A stretch of 64,000 bases of DNA, taken from positions 9,610,001 through 9,674,000 of the forward strand of contig OX597822.1 of assembly GCA_951406725.2 (NCBI GenBank), written 5' to 3'. Position 1 is the first letter of the stretch. Every line of letters begins with the position of its first letter. The position numbers were made by a program, and so were the translations under genes. This document shows, one piece after another, positions 40,414-52,706 of the stretch. The notes beneath the pieces are model-generated. The model was not told the DNA's origin, did not search any database, and worked only from the letters and a program-made list of their open reading frames with translations. The stretch comes from Octopus vulgaris (taxonomy: Eukaryota).

Positions 40414-40790
40414 ATATATAAAAGTGAGGTTGTGTGCTGTCTGTCTCCTATGATTTAGATTCCTAACTACTCCCACATTTTGCGGTGCAGTTTAACCTTA
40501 ATCTTATAGTCGTGATTCATATCGAGCCCTTCTGGGTATTAGAGCGCATCTACGATGAGTCTACGATTTAAAAAAAAATTACCATCAATTTTCCCCATTT
40601 TAATGCATTTTTGGCATATATAAGGGAAGTAACTCTCTAAAAATTTATTAAATCTCAATGTAAAAAGCTACAGTAACCCCCCCCCTTTGTGGTTAGCCAT
40701 ATTGAGATGGCTATTATACTTTACATCTCTAAAAATGGTTATATAGTTATTTCCCTTACAAACCCGAGCAATGCCGGGCGATACTGCTAG
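40414..40790 (+). mobile_element. Non-autonomous Helitron
   Basis: Near-identical to 19695-20075; hairpin and CTAG|T end. A further 3' fragment lies at 36241-36326. Confidence 0.85.
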
Positions 40791-40874
40791 TATACATATA
40801 TAGACCCCGGTTGAATTGTCCAACCCGTGCTAGCACGGAAAACAGATGTTAAACGATGATGATGATGATATAAT

Positions 40875-41660
40875 CATCATCATCGTTTAATGTCTATTTT
40901 CCGTACTAGCATGGGTTGGACAATTCAACCGGGGTCTGGGAAGCCAGGAGGCTGCACCAGACTCCTGTCTGATCTGGCAGTGTTTCTACAGCTGGATGCC
41001 CTTCCTAACACCAACCATGCTGTGAGTGAAGTGGGTGCTTTTTACGTTCCACCTGTACGGAAACTAGTCATGGCAGCGCTGTCATCGGCCATGTTCGGAT
41101 GGCGCGTTTTACGTGCCACCAGCACAAGTATCACAACTACAATTTCCATTTGATTTTTTGATGTTGATGTACTTGACTCAATAGGTCTCCTCAAGCACAA
41201 CAGGTCACCCTACGATCCAAGGTAAGCACAGCAGGCCATCCTGCAATCCAAGGCACTTTGGATGGGCTGGGGCTTCTATGTGAAGCTGGTGCAGGAAACA
41301 GCCATGAACTCACGTTATTTGTCGAGTGTTTTGAGTCATAGCATATCTCCAGAGGTCTTGGTCTTTCGACATTGTCTCAATGAGGCCCAATGTTTGAAGG
41401 TCATACCCCAGATTCCTTCAACTGTTTAGGAGTGGCACTTCTTCACACATCTCTCCTCATCCATCCGTAGTACATGACCATACCAGTGCAGACGTCTCTC
41501 TTGCACGCCACATCCAATGCTTCTTATGTCCAGCATTTCTCTCAGGGCACTTACACTCTGTCATGTGTGCACACTGATATTACACATCCAGCAGATCATG
41601 CTAGCTTCATTTCTTTCAAGCCTATGCACGCATGCGTCGTACAATCTACCTTTCACTATA
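40875..41660 (-). mobile_element. RTE-clade LINE 3' fragment
   Basis: RLERNEASMICWMCNISVH ORF remnant followed by 3'UTR and (GAT)n tail. Confidence 0.85.
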
Positions 41661-42112
41661 AGCAAGGGACCCTTTGTCATATATATATATATAAGCATAT
41701 CCAAGTGTGATCGTTGCCAGGGCCACAGGTTGGCTCCTGTGCCAGTGACATGTGAAAAGCACCATTTGAGTGTGATCGTTGCCAGCGTCACCTTACCGAC
41801 ATATGTGCCAGTAGCACATGAAAAGCAACATTCGAGCATGGTCGTTGCCAGTGCCGCCGGACTGGCTCCCGTGCAGGTGGTATGTAAAAACACCTTTTGA
41901 ATGTGGTCATTGCCAGAACCACCTGACTGGCCCTCGCACTGGTGGCACGAAAAAAGCACCCACTACACTCTTGGAATGGTTGGCATTAGGAAGGGCATCC
42001 AGCTGTAGAAAATTTACCAGATCAGATTGAGCCTGGTGCAGCCTCCGGCTCACCAGTCCTCAGGCCAACCCATGCCAACATGGAAAGTGGACGTTCAACG
42101 ATGATGATGACG

Positions 42113-42290
42113 ACACACACGGTTCAAATTTATAGAAAAACAAAGACGAAGACAGGTGCAGGAACAACAAGCAAGGGTATTAGTTTGATGCCCAGGAAAA
42201 ATGAAAAAGTCTTTTACGTTTCGAGCCTATGCTCTTCAGCAGAAAAGAATAAGAGGTTAAAACAGAGAGAGAATGAAAAAAACTTGTTGA
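42113..42290 (-). mobile_element. Penelope-like/retrozyme remnant with minimal hammerhead-like motif
   Basis: Minus strand CTTTT-CTGCTGA-A-GAGC-ATAG-GCTC-GAAA-CG-TA-AAAG at 42247-42211. Confidence 0.5.
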
Positions 42291-44279
42291 GTTCAGTGGT
42301 CCAACATGGTGCGTACAGCAAGGCACCAAGCATCTTGGATGCAGACACACACACACCATCTTGAAGAATTCTTAGTCAAATGAATCAAGCACAGGATTTA
42401 TTTGAAGTCTGGTACTTATTCTAGTGGTTTCTTTCACCAAACTGGTAAGTGACAGGGATAAGGGTCAAGCAGTGGTAGAGGACAAAAACACAAACTTCTT
42501 TCAGTTTCTATCTACCAAATTGACTCAAGTTTTGGTTGGCCTGAGGTTCAAGTCCAAGACAGTCACTCAAGGTGCCACAGAATGGGATCAAATCAGGAAC
42601 AATGTGGTTGGAAAGCAAAGTTCTTACCACACAGCCACTGAAGTTTGATAAAAAAAAAAAAATTTTTTTCAAATCCAACAGACCTTTGATCAAAACATCC
42701 AAAACCTGCCCATCTCATCCTTCTTTTAGGCAATGCATCAAGGCTCACATAATTTTAAATGCCCTTTACATTTCAAAATGGTACGGAATGATATTAAGAA
42801 TTTCAGTGCTATTTCTGTCTGATCAAGCAATTAGTTTCATTGCTCGTTTATTATGCTGACAAAGTGAAATATCACATCATTCAGGTTATATAATTCAATT
42901 TACCTGCTCTAAAGTGTTCATATTTAAATAGTCACAGGTGGGTTGGTATTGAAAAGGTTAATAACATAATTGTCACCTCTATAATCACATGAGCATCAAG
43001 GCAGCTGATATCACACAATACATTTCTCTCTCTCTCCTTCCTGTTATCAAACCTCATCCACAAGAAAGCTAAACAGCTCGGAGACGTTGGTAACTGTAAC
43101 CCTCCCTCATCTGAGACTTGTCAGTTCACAATTGTAGGAGAGTTTTCAATTTTCTTCAATAGCAGTTAAAATATCCAGAAAAATATACACCATCCGAAGA
43201 TAATGAAGACCCCGTTATGCTGTCGCTTCTGTTGAATACAGCAGCCATGTGCCATTCAAATAACACTTGACAGACAAATAGTAGTAGTATACTAGTTGTA
43301 CTAAGCCGAGTGGCAAGATGGGGACAGGCACATAACTGTCCTAAATACTCCATAAAAAGATGGCATAATGATGATAGAGGTATGTGGGGCCTGACAATAG
43401 GCAACAATAATGACACACTAATCTAGACAACAACACTTAGAAGTCAAACGTTTGATAAATTCATTATAAGCCTCACTATCTCTTCTCCCATTGTTCTCGA
43501 ACTGACAAGTATTAACCAGCACCAACTCCAATTCTTTAGTCTTTAACTTGTTTCAGTCAGATTGCAACCGTGCTGAAACACCGTCTTCAAGGGTTTAGTT
43601 CAGGGGTTGTGGTTGGCGTTAGGAAGGGCATCCAGCCGTAGAAACACTGCCAGATCAGACTGGGCCTGATGCAGCCTTCTGGCTTCACAGACCCCAGTTG
43701 AACCGTCCAACCCATGCCAGCATGGAAAGCAGACGCTAAATAATGATGATGATGATTGCTAGTTTATTCTGGTGGACCATGTTTAAGAATTAGTTTTATA
43801 GATGCTTCTTCCAAAATTCCTATTGTTTTTCACACATTAACTTCTGTAGTTTGAAAAATGTAAGACAGAGGAAGAAACCCGGCTGTTTCTTGAAATGATC
43901 TCAAATGAAGTAGAGAAGACATCAGGTTGGTTGATATCAAAGTTTAAAGGTATTTTTTGAATGAAATATACAAGAGAAACATGTGTGCTGAATGATGGAA
44001 AAGCATTTGATGAGAATGAAAGACACCAAAAACAGCAACAACTGATAGGAGAAAAGCTGAGGATGTCAGACCTGAGAGACAAAATGACGCTGGACTCTAA
44101 TAAATGACAGCATTGGGAGGGAAAAAAATAGACATTAAGACAATGATGGAAGTTGATTTCACAATCATTATTGAATTCTAAAGATTATAATTAACTTGAT
44201 AGCAGACAACTTCAAAGATGTTATAATTGTGTGTGAATTTGTAATGCAAATGAAGACCATTAATATTCATCAGAAACCA

Positions 44280-44369
<90 letters not shown>

Positions 44370-45871
44370 TTATATATCGTCGAAACAGGCCTAAATGTCT
44401 CGAAGCAAGAGATGAGAAGAGTTGAAAAGCGAGTAAATTAAGTAGGAACTGGCATGGCTGGGTAAGTTTGCTTCCAAATTACATGGTTCTGGATTCAATG
44501 CCACTGAGTCTTGTACTACAGCCACAGGCTGACCAATGTCTGGCAAATGGATTTCATAAACAGAAACTGAAGGCCCATTGTGTGTATGTGAATGAGAACA
44601 TGTAAGAGTTGTCTGTACTGCATCAACACTTGACAGTTGGCATTGGTTTGTTTATGTCCCTACAACTCAATGCTTCAGCAAAGGAGGACAATAGAGAAGT
44701 ACATCATCATCATTGTTTAACGTCCGTTTTCCATGCCAGCACGGGTTGGAAAAGCCAGGGGCTGCACCAGGCTCCAGTCTGATCTGGCAGAGTTTCTACA
44801 GCTGGATGCCCTTCATAACGCCAACCACTCCAAGAGTGTAGTGGGTGCTTTTTACGAGCCACCTGCACAGGTGCCAGGGGGGTCCGGCATCGGCGACGAT
44901 CGGTTGGTGCTTTTAATGTGCCACCGGCATCGAAGCCAGCCAAGGCGGCGCTGGCATCGGCCACGTTCAGATGGTGCTTTTTATGTGCCACCAGCACTGG
45001 AGCCAGTCGACAAAAGACATTAAAATTTAAAAACAGAAAGGTAGGGGTTGATTTCTTTGATCCTTTAAGACCGTGTCTCATTGTGACTGCTGTCCAATAA
45101 ATGAAACCAGTAAAAATTAGGTGGGTGTACGGATACCTGCAAGAGTTTACTTTCAAACTACATACCAAATTCGGTCCCACCGCACTACTACTATTGACAT
45201 GAAGGTGACCAATCCCCTGCAAGTCAAACTTCATAAACAAAACAAGCCCATTATATACCTACACTGGCTCTTCATTTAACGTCCACTTACCATGCTGGCA
45301 TGGATTAGACAGCTTGGCTGGAATTGCTAAACTGCACTAGGGCCCCGTCCATATGTGGCTTGGTTTCTAAGGTTAGATGCCCTTCCTAAAACCAACCCTC
45401 TAAGAGTGTAGTGGGTGCCTTTTATGTGTCACCAGCACAGAAGCCGTTACAGTTTACTGTAAGTTATTTTAAATTAAAACCTTCCAGCAAAATTTCAAAT
45501 TTATTTATGATCCAAACCCTTAATAGTAACAAAGTTAAATTACTAATTTCTTCATAATATTCAAAACAAAAGCAGTGTATTTATGCCAACAAGAGTTAAG
45601 CTTCCAGTAAGCAGCAGAACACTACCTCAATGGCTACAGGGCTTAATGCTTGGATCTTAGTACATACAGGGCTAAAGCCAAATTTAATGAGAGAGCAATA
45701 GAACAGCGTAAGACAGAAAGGAGAGATGCAACAAGAAGATTAAATTTGAGTCATATCAAACTAAAATTAGATCAAGCTAGATAAACACATATGATCAAAA
45801 CAGGTAACCAATGTTCAATTGCCACCTGAATATCATAACTTTTGCTCATCACACTATCTCTCTCTTTACAC

Positions 45872-46537
45872 TTTTACTTGTTTCAGTCATTTGACTGCGG
45901 CCATGCTGGAGCACCGCCTTTAATCGAGCAACTCGACCTCGGGACTTATTCTTTTGTAAGCCCAGTACTTATTCTATCGGTCTCTTTTGCCGAACTGCTA
46001 AGTTACGGGGACGTAAACACACCAGCATCGGTTGTCAAGCAATGCCAGGGGGACAAACACAGACACACACACATATATATATATACATATATACGACGGG
46101 CTTCTTTCAGTTTCCGTCTACCAAATCCATTCACAAGGCTTTGGTTGCCCCGAGGCTATAGTAGAAGACACTTGCCCAAGATGCCATGCAGTGGGACTGA
46201 ACCCGGAACCATGTGGTTGGTAAGCAAGCTACTTACCACACAACCACTCCTGCGCCTATTAGTAAGTTAACACAAGTGTGATGCTCAGCCCATTTGCCGC
46301 TGTTCTTGCTTAGACCAGGTTACCATACAGGTTAATACTAAGGACCTACCTATCCAGAACATAAAGAGCAGGAGTGGCTGTGTGGTAAGTAGCTTGTTTA
46401 CCAACCACATGGTTCCGGGTTCAGTCCCACTGCATGGCATCTTGGGCAAGTGTCTTCTGCTATAGCCCCGGGCCGACCAATGCCTTATGAGTGGATTTGG
46501 TAGACGGAAACTGAAAGAAGCCCGTCGTGTGTGTGTG

Positions 46538-46581
<44 letters not shown>

Positions 46582-46790
46582 TCTGTCTGTGTTTGTCCCC
46601 CTAGCATTGCTTGACAACCGTTGCTGGTGTGTTTATGTCCCCGTCACTTAGCGGTTCAGCAAAAAGAGACCGATAGAATAAGTACTGGGCTTACAAAGAA
46701 TAAGTCCCGAGGTCGAGTTGCTCGATTAAAAGGCGGTGCTCCAGCATGGCCACAGTCAAAATGACTGAAAAAAGTAAAAGAGTAAAGAGT
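45872..46790. mobile_element. Head-to-head pair of SINE A copies (45872-46257 -, 46367-46790 +)
   Basis: Two full-length copies in opposite orientation about 110 bp apart. Confidence 0.9.
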
Positions 46791-47680
46791 ATATTTCGAG
46801 GAAAATTTTGTCTAAGTTTGCTCATGTTTTTGTAGCTAACTCTTATATTGGCAGCTTCATTTGAATGACTCCAACGCAGTCATACAACCAGGGTCTATGT
46901 AAGATTTTTAGAGATCCGTGCAACAAAAAAGTAAATTGAGAATCCACAATAGCATTTTAAAGGCCCTTACTCTTTTACTTGTTTCAGTCATGTGACTGTG
47001 GCCATGCTGGAGCACCGCCTTTAGTCGAAGAAATAGACCCCAGGATTTATTCTTTGTAAGCCTAGTACTTATTTTATCGGTCTCTTTTGCCGAACCGCTA
47101 AGTTACGGGGACGTAAACACACTAGCAATTCTCATTTTGTACATGACTGAAATTGAAAGATGACAAAACAATAATGTCAACATTGCAATGATAATGTGTG
47201 TTTTAAACATTTAATAATTGAAAAATAACCACAAAATGAGTAAACAACACACATTTTGTAGTTTTAAGCATTCAATATGCATTTAATGTGAAAAGAAAGA
47301 TACACATTTTGTAGTTTTAAGAGCAGAAAAAAAAAATAACCCCAGAGTAAACAGCTAATTCTGTTTTTCGTAAACACTTGGTTTATACAGGAGAGTGCCA
47401 ACACTTGTTACTATGGAAACAGGCATCTACTTTTGATTGGCTAACATTACCCAAAATTTGCAAACTTTAAAAGCAATTAACTATTTATTGATTTATGGTG
47501 AAAATAAATTTCATGTCAATAATAAGCAAACAAAACTACATCAGTTGACCAAATTTGAAATCAGTCGGAACAAAAATTGAAGAAATTGAAAAGTGGCAGT
47601 GAAACAGAAAATATCCTAAACAGTTAAAGTTTAGTGACAGAAATTGCATATGGCTGCAAAAACAATGCCTCTATAATATA

Positions 47681-48202
47681 TACCGTAAATCCGAGTATAA
47701 TCCGCATATTTTCCCCAAAATTTAAAGGTCAAAATCCCTAGTGCATACTATATACGAAGTTAAAAATGAAAAACATTTTCTAAGCAATGTCCGAGTCTAT
47801 TTGCTGTCCAGCAATGTTTATTCAGACGCATTTTGTGATGTCAGGCACGAAGATACCTTAAGCTAAGCCTGAAAGCAATGAAGTCATAAAAGAATCATCT
47901 ATAACTTGCAGTAAGCAACATTTATTAAAATAAAAGTATTCAGAACACAGAATAACATGTAACAAAGACAATTTGCAAACATATTTACATTCCCATATAA
48001 CAGTTAAGAACATCACCATTATTGTATTACGCATGCATGGAAGTGTTCGTTCGACTAGGTGCTGCTGGCTTAATTACACACGACTCAAGTTAGAGAAGGG
48101 GTGCGTATTATGCACAAGGTTTAGATTTTTTATAAGTACAGCCCCCTAAAAATCCCCTGCATATTATACTCAAGGGCGGACTATACTTGAGGATTAACAG
48201 TA
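47681..48202. mobile_element. Tc1/pogo (Tigger-like) non-autonomous DNA transposon
   Basis: TA-CCGTAAATCCGAGTATAATCCGC ... GCGGACTATACTTGAGGATTAACAG-TA imperfect TIRs with repeated subterminal TATAC motifs and TA target site. Confidence 0.75.
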
Positions 48203-48272
48203 TGTGTAATCTTTGCTTGCAACAGAAAATAAAAAGAATCTTTGAATGAATATATAATGGCAGTTGGGGGGG

Positions 48273-48684
48273 TGTAACAGGATCTGGAGTCGGTATCACT
48301 GGAGGGGTATCCGATCTGATCCCGTCACATTCAATTTTAGTTAAAAATAACAGACAAGTCAGGTTGTCTACGAACACAGCAAAGTAATGGTGTTTATTTA
48401 TCGTGATGATGTAGATCTGGTGTACGTATTTCTGAGGGGAACCGACAGCCGAATCTGTTGCATTGCATCTTGTTGGTTGGTCGAAGTGATTCGATGTGGT
48501 CCGCTGCTAAGTTGGTGTGTAGTCGTCAGAGACTACTTGTACGCGTCCGTTCACGAGGGCTGCCGAGGCCAGAAAGGCTGAGTGAGCGAACTGCGCTTAG
48601 GGGTCAGTTTCCCGCACATGCGCATGGGGGAAGACTTCCGGTGGCCAACCGGAAGTAGTCCCATTCTGCGCGCTGAACCTTACA
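48273..48684 (-). mobile_element. Solo-LTR-like, GC/CpG-rich element
   Basis: TGTAA...TTACA termini, AATAAA on the minus strand (~48393-48398), promoter motif cluster at the opposite end; no TSD found. Confidence 0.5.
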
Positions 48685-50701
48685 CAGCAGCATCACTACA
48701 GGGGCATTCCCAGTTTCTGTAAAACTGGTTTATACTCACTGGCCATAAGTCGAGTTGGGCTTGTAGCGGAATATGCCGAATTGCAGCCCATTGGGATTGA
48801 ACCCTGTACCAAGTGGTCGCAGAGCTAACCTGTTAACCACACAGTCATGACTAAGTTCTAAAACTATTTTGGTTTGCTGATATTGATATTTGTTGGTATT
48901 AACTTGCTTTCAGTTAAATGTGTGCAAGTGATCTTCACAAGAGAATTTAAAAGAACATAGAGGTTAATAATGGTATGAAAAATGGTTGCAGAATTATGAT
49001 ATTGCAATCATTTATCATTATAGGATCGAAATATTGGAAATCTATTAATTGATCACAATAAATATAGTTATCTAATTTGGTAATCATATTTTTACTGATA
49101 CATTTAAGACAACAAAATAGAAAATAAACAAATGTTCTATTTTTTTTTTATATGGTTACCTTATCTGTGTCCAAGAGTTGTAGCTGTAACAAATGGGGTT
49201 ATAAATGACTAACACCACTTTATTTCATTGGTAATCGTATTTAATTAAGCCCAGGAGCCATTGCGGTAGTCTTCCACTGTTTACTGCAAACTTAACCCTT
49301 TTGTTAGCATAAATTCATTGCTTCTGTTTTAATTTTGAATGTTCTGAAGCTAGGAGAGTAACTTCATCAGTATTAAGTTGGGGTTTGGGGTATAAATTAG
49401 AAAGAAATTTTGCTGAAAGATTTTGATTTTAAAATAACTTTAAACCCTTTAGCATTCAAATCACTCTGTCAAACATAATGCTTGTTTATTCACATTGTTT
49501 TGAATTAATCAGGGCATGGGCCGATGCCAGCGCTGCCTCAACTGGCTTCTGTGCCGGTGGCACATAAAAAGCACCATCCGAACGTGGCCGATGCCAGCGC
49601 CGCCTTGGCTGGCTTCCATGCTGGTGGCCCGTTAAAAGCACCAACCGATCGTGGCCGATGCAGGACCCCCCCTGGCACCTGTACAGGTGGCACGTAAAAA
49701 GCACCCACTACACTCGCGGAGTGGTTGGCGTTAGGAAGGGCATCCAGCTGTAGAAACTCTGCCAGATCAGACTGGAGCCTGGTGCAGCCCCTGGTTTCCC
49801 AGACCCCGGTCGAACCGTCCAACCCGTGCTAGCACGGAAAACAGACGTTGAACGATGATGATGATTGTCTCCTAGATTTGAGATTTTGATGATGTGATAC
49901 TCTTTTACTTGTTTCACTCATTTGAATGCGACCATGCTGGAGTACTGCCTTTTAATCAAGCAAATTGATCCCAGGACTTATTCTATCGGTCTCTTTTACC
50001 GAAACGCTAAGTTATAGGGGCATTAACACACCAGCATCGGTTGTCAAGCGATGTTGGGGAGACAAGCACAGACACACATATATATACATATATACACCAG
50101 GCTTCTTTCAGTTTCAGTCTACCAATTCCACTCACGAGGCTTTGGTCGGCCCGAGGCTATAGTAGAAGACACTTGCCCAAGGTACCATGCAGTGGGACTG
50201 AACTGGGAACCATGTGGTTGGTAAGCAAGCTACTTACCACATAGCCACTCCTAACTGTACAGTAAATGTAGACTTATGGTACAAATACACAAAAACCAGA
50301 AGTGGCAATATATCAATCCACTATGACAGGGGTTCTCAACCATTCTTTTTATCTATGGAATCCTTTGATGACTATTTTCTGGTGGACCCCCTACAAACTA
50401 GTTTTATAGAAACTTTTTCAAAATTCCTACATTGTGTTTCACATGTTAATTTGTGTAGGCTGAACAATGGAAGAATGTGAGTGAAAGAAACTTGACTGTT
50501 ACTTGTAATACATACAACTAAAGCAAAGATTGTTTTCAGGCATAGAAGTGGCTGTGTGGCAAGTAGTTTGCTCACCAACCACATGGTTCCAGATTCAGTC
50601 ACACAGCTTTGGCACCTTGGGTAAGTGTCTTCTATTATAGCCTCGGACCGACCAAAGCTTTGTGAGTGGATTTGGTAGACGGAAACTGAAAGAAGCCCAT
50701 C

Positions 50702-50752
<51 letters not shown>

Positions 50753-50769
50753 AATATTCTTATTCTAGC

Positions 50770-51862
50770 AGCTACACTTTCAGAGCATCCACTCCCACTA
50801 CTGACTTGGTCCCCATAGGTAACAGAAGCTATCAACTACTTGTAGTTTTTCTCCTTGGAATGTGACAGAAGCTGTTCTCTACACATTTTCAGTGTTTATA
50901 GCACCTGAGCATTTGCCACATACAAAAACTATCTTCCCAGTTAGCCTTCCTTTGATATTGCTGCACCTCTTATGTGTCCATAGCTTACACTGGGTACAGC
51001 TTATGTTGTTTCTACCTACGCTTTTTCTACAGATCGAGCAGGGCTATCTTCCTGAAGGGATTTGTGGTTTGTCTGCCTACTTATTAAGACTGGTTTTAGC
51101 TAGGTTGACTCTAAGGCCCTTTGATTCTAATCCTTGCTTCCACACCTGAAACGTTTCCTTTAGTTCTGATAGTGACTCAGCAATTAGAGCAAGATCATCA
51201 GCAGAGGAGCTCCCAGGGACATCTTGTCTTGAATTCCTGTTATTGACTGGAGGACTATGATGAATAAGAGGGGGCTGAGGACTAATCATTGGTGGACCTC
51301 TACCCTGAATTCTTCACTGTACTCATTGCCAACCCTCACCTTACTGACAGCATCCCTGTACATGGCTTGTACAGCTCTCACTAACCATTCATATATCCCT
51401 AGTTTCCTCGATCACCAGATAAGGGATCAAGAGACCCTGTCAAAGGCTTTCTCCATGTCAACAAAAGCCAGGTACAGAGGTTTATCTTTGGCTAGGTATT
51501 TCTCTTGCAGCTGTCTTACCAGAAATATAGCATCAGTGTTGCCTTTCCCTGGCACGAACCCAAACTGCATCCCATCTAGACTGACTCTCTCTCCCTAATT
51601 AGTTGGACTATGACCCACTCCGTGACCATCATTACCTGATCCAACAACTTGATACCTCTGTAATTATTTGTATCTAAAGCGTCACCTTTACCTTTGTACC
51701 ACTTGACTATGGTGCTGCTACACCAGTCATTGGGTAGGACTCCTTCGTGTATCACCTGGTTAACTATACAAGTGACTAGGCTATAGCCTACACCGCCAGA
51801 TATTTTGAGCATCTCTGCATTGATTCCTAATGAGCCGGGAGGGCCTTCCCTGTCTTCATACC
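50770..51862 (-). mobile_element. RTE-clade LINE reverse-transcriptase fragment, decayed
   Basis: DWCSSTIVKWYKGKGDALDTNNYRGIKLL, FVDMEKAFD and (S)ADDLALIAES motifs, with deletions and frameshifts. Confidence 0.88.
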
Positions 51863-51863
51863 C

Positions 51864-52706
51864 TTACTCTTTTACTTGCTTCAGTCATTTGACTGCGGCC
51901 ATGCTGGAGCACCGCCTTTAGTCGAGCAAATCGACCCCAGGACTTATTCTTTGTAAGCCCAGTACTTATTCTATCGGTCTCTTTTGCCGAACCGCTAAGT
52001 GACAGGGACGTAAACACACCAGCATCGGTTGTCATGCAATGCTAGGGGGACAAACACAGACACACAAATATATATATACATATATACGACAGGCTTCTTT
52101 CAGTTTCCATCTACCAAATCCACTCACAAGGCATTGGTCGGCCCGAGGCTATAGCAGAAGACATTTGCCCAAGATGCCACGCAGTGGGACTGAACCCGGA
52201 ACCATGTGGTTGGTAAACAAGCTACTAACCACACTACTAAAGTACAGTCAATTCGGATAGCTGGTCCCTTTGTTGGGTCAGCATTCGGCAGACTATTTCT
52301 TCCATTCCTTCTCTTTATTTAGCAACTTAGGCGCAGGAGTGGCTGTGTGGTAAGTAGCTTGCTAACCAACCACATGGTTCCGGGTTCAGTCCCACTGCGT
52401 GGCATCTTGGGCAAGTGTCTTCTGCTATAGCCCCGGGCCGACCAATGCCTTGGGAGTGGATTTGGTAGACGGAAACTGAAAGAAGCCTGTCGTATATATG
52501 TATATGTATGTGTGTGTCTGTGTCCCCCTAGCATTGCTTGACAACCGATGCTGGTGTGTTTACGTCCCCGTCACTTAGCAGTTCGGCAAAAGAGACCGAT
52601 AGAATAAGTACTGGGCTTACAAAGAATAAGTACCGGTGTCGATTTGCTCGACTAAAGGCGGTGCTCTAGCATGGCCGCAGTCAAATGACTGAAACAAGTA
52701 AAAGAG
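51864..52706. mobile_element. Head-to-head pair of SINE A copies (51864-52233 -, 52330-52706 +)
   Basis: Opposite orientation, spacer about 95 bp. Confidence 0.9.
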
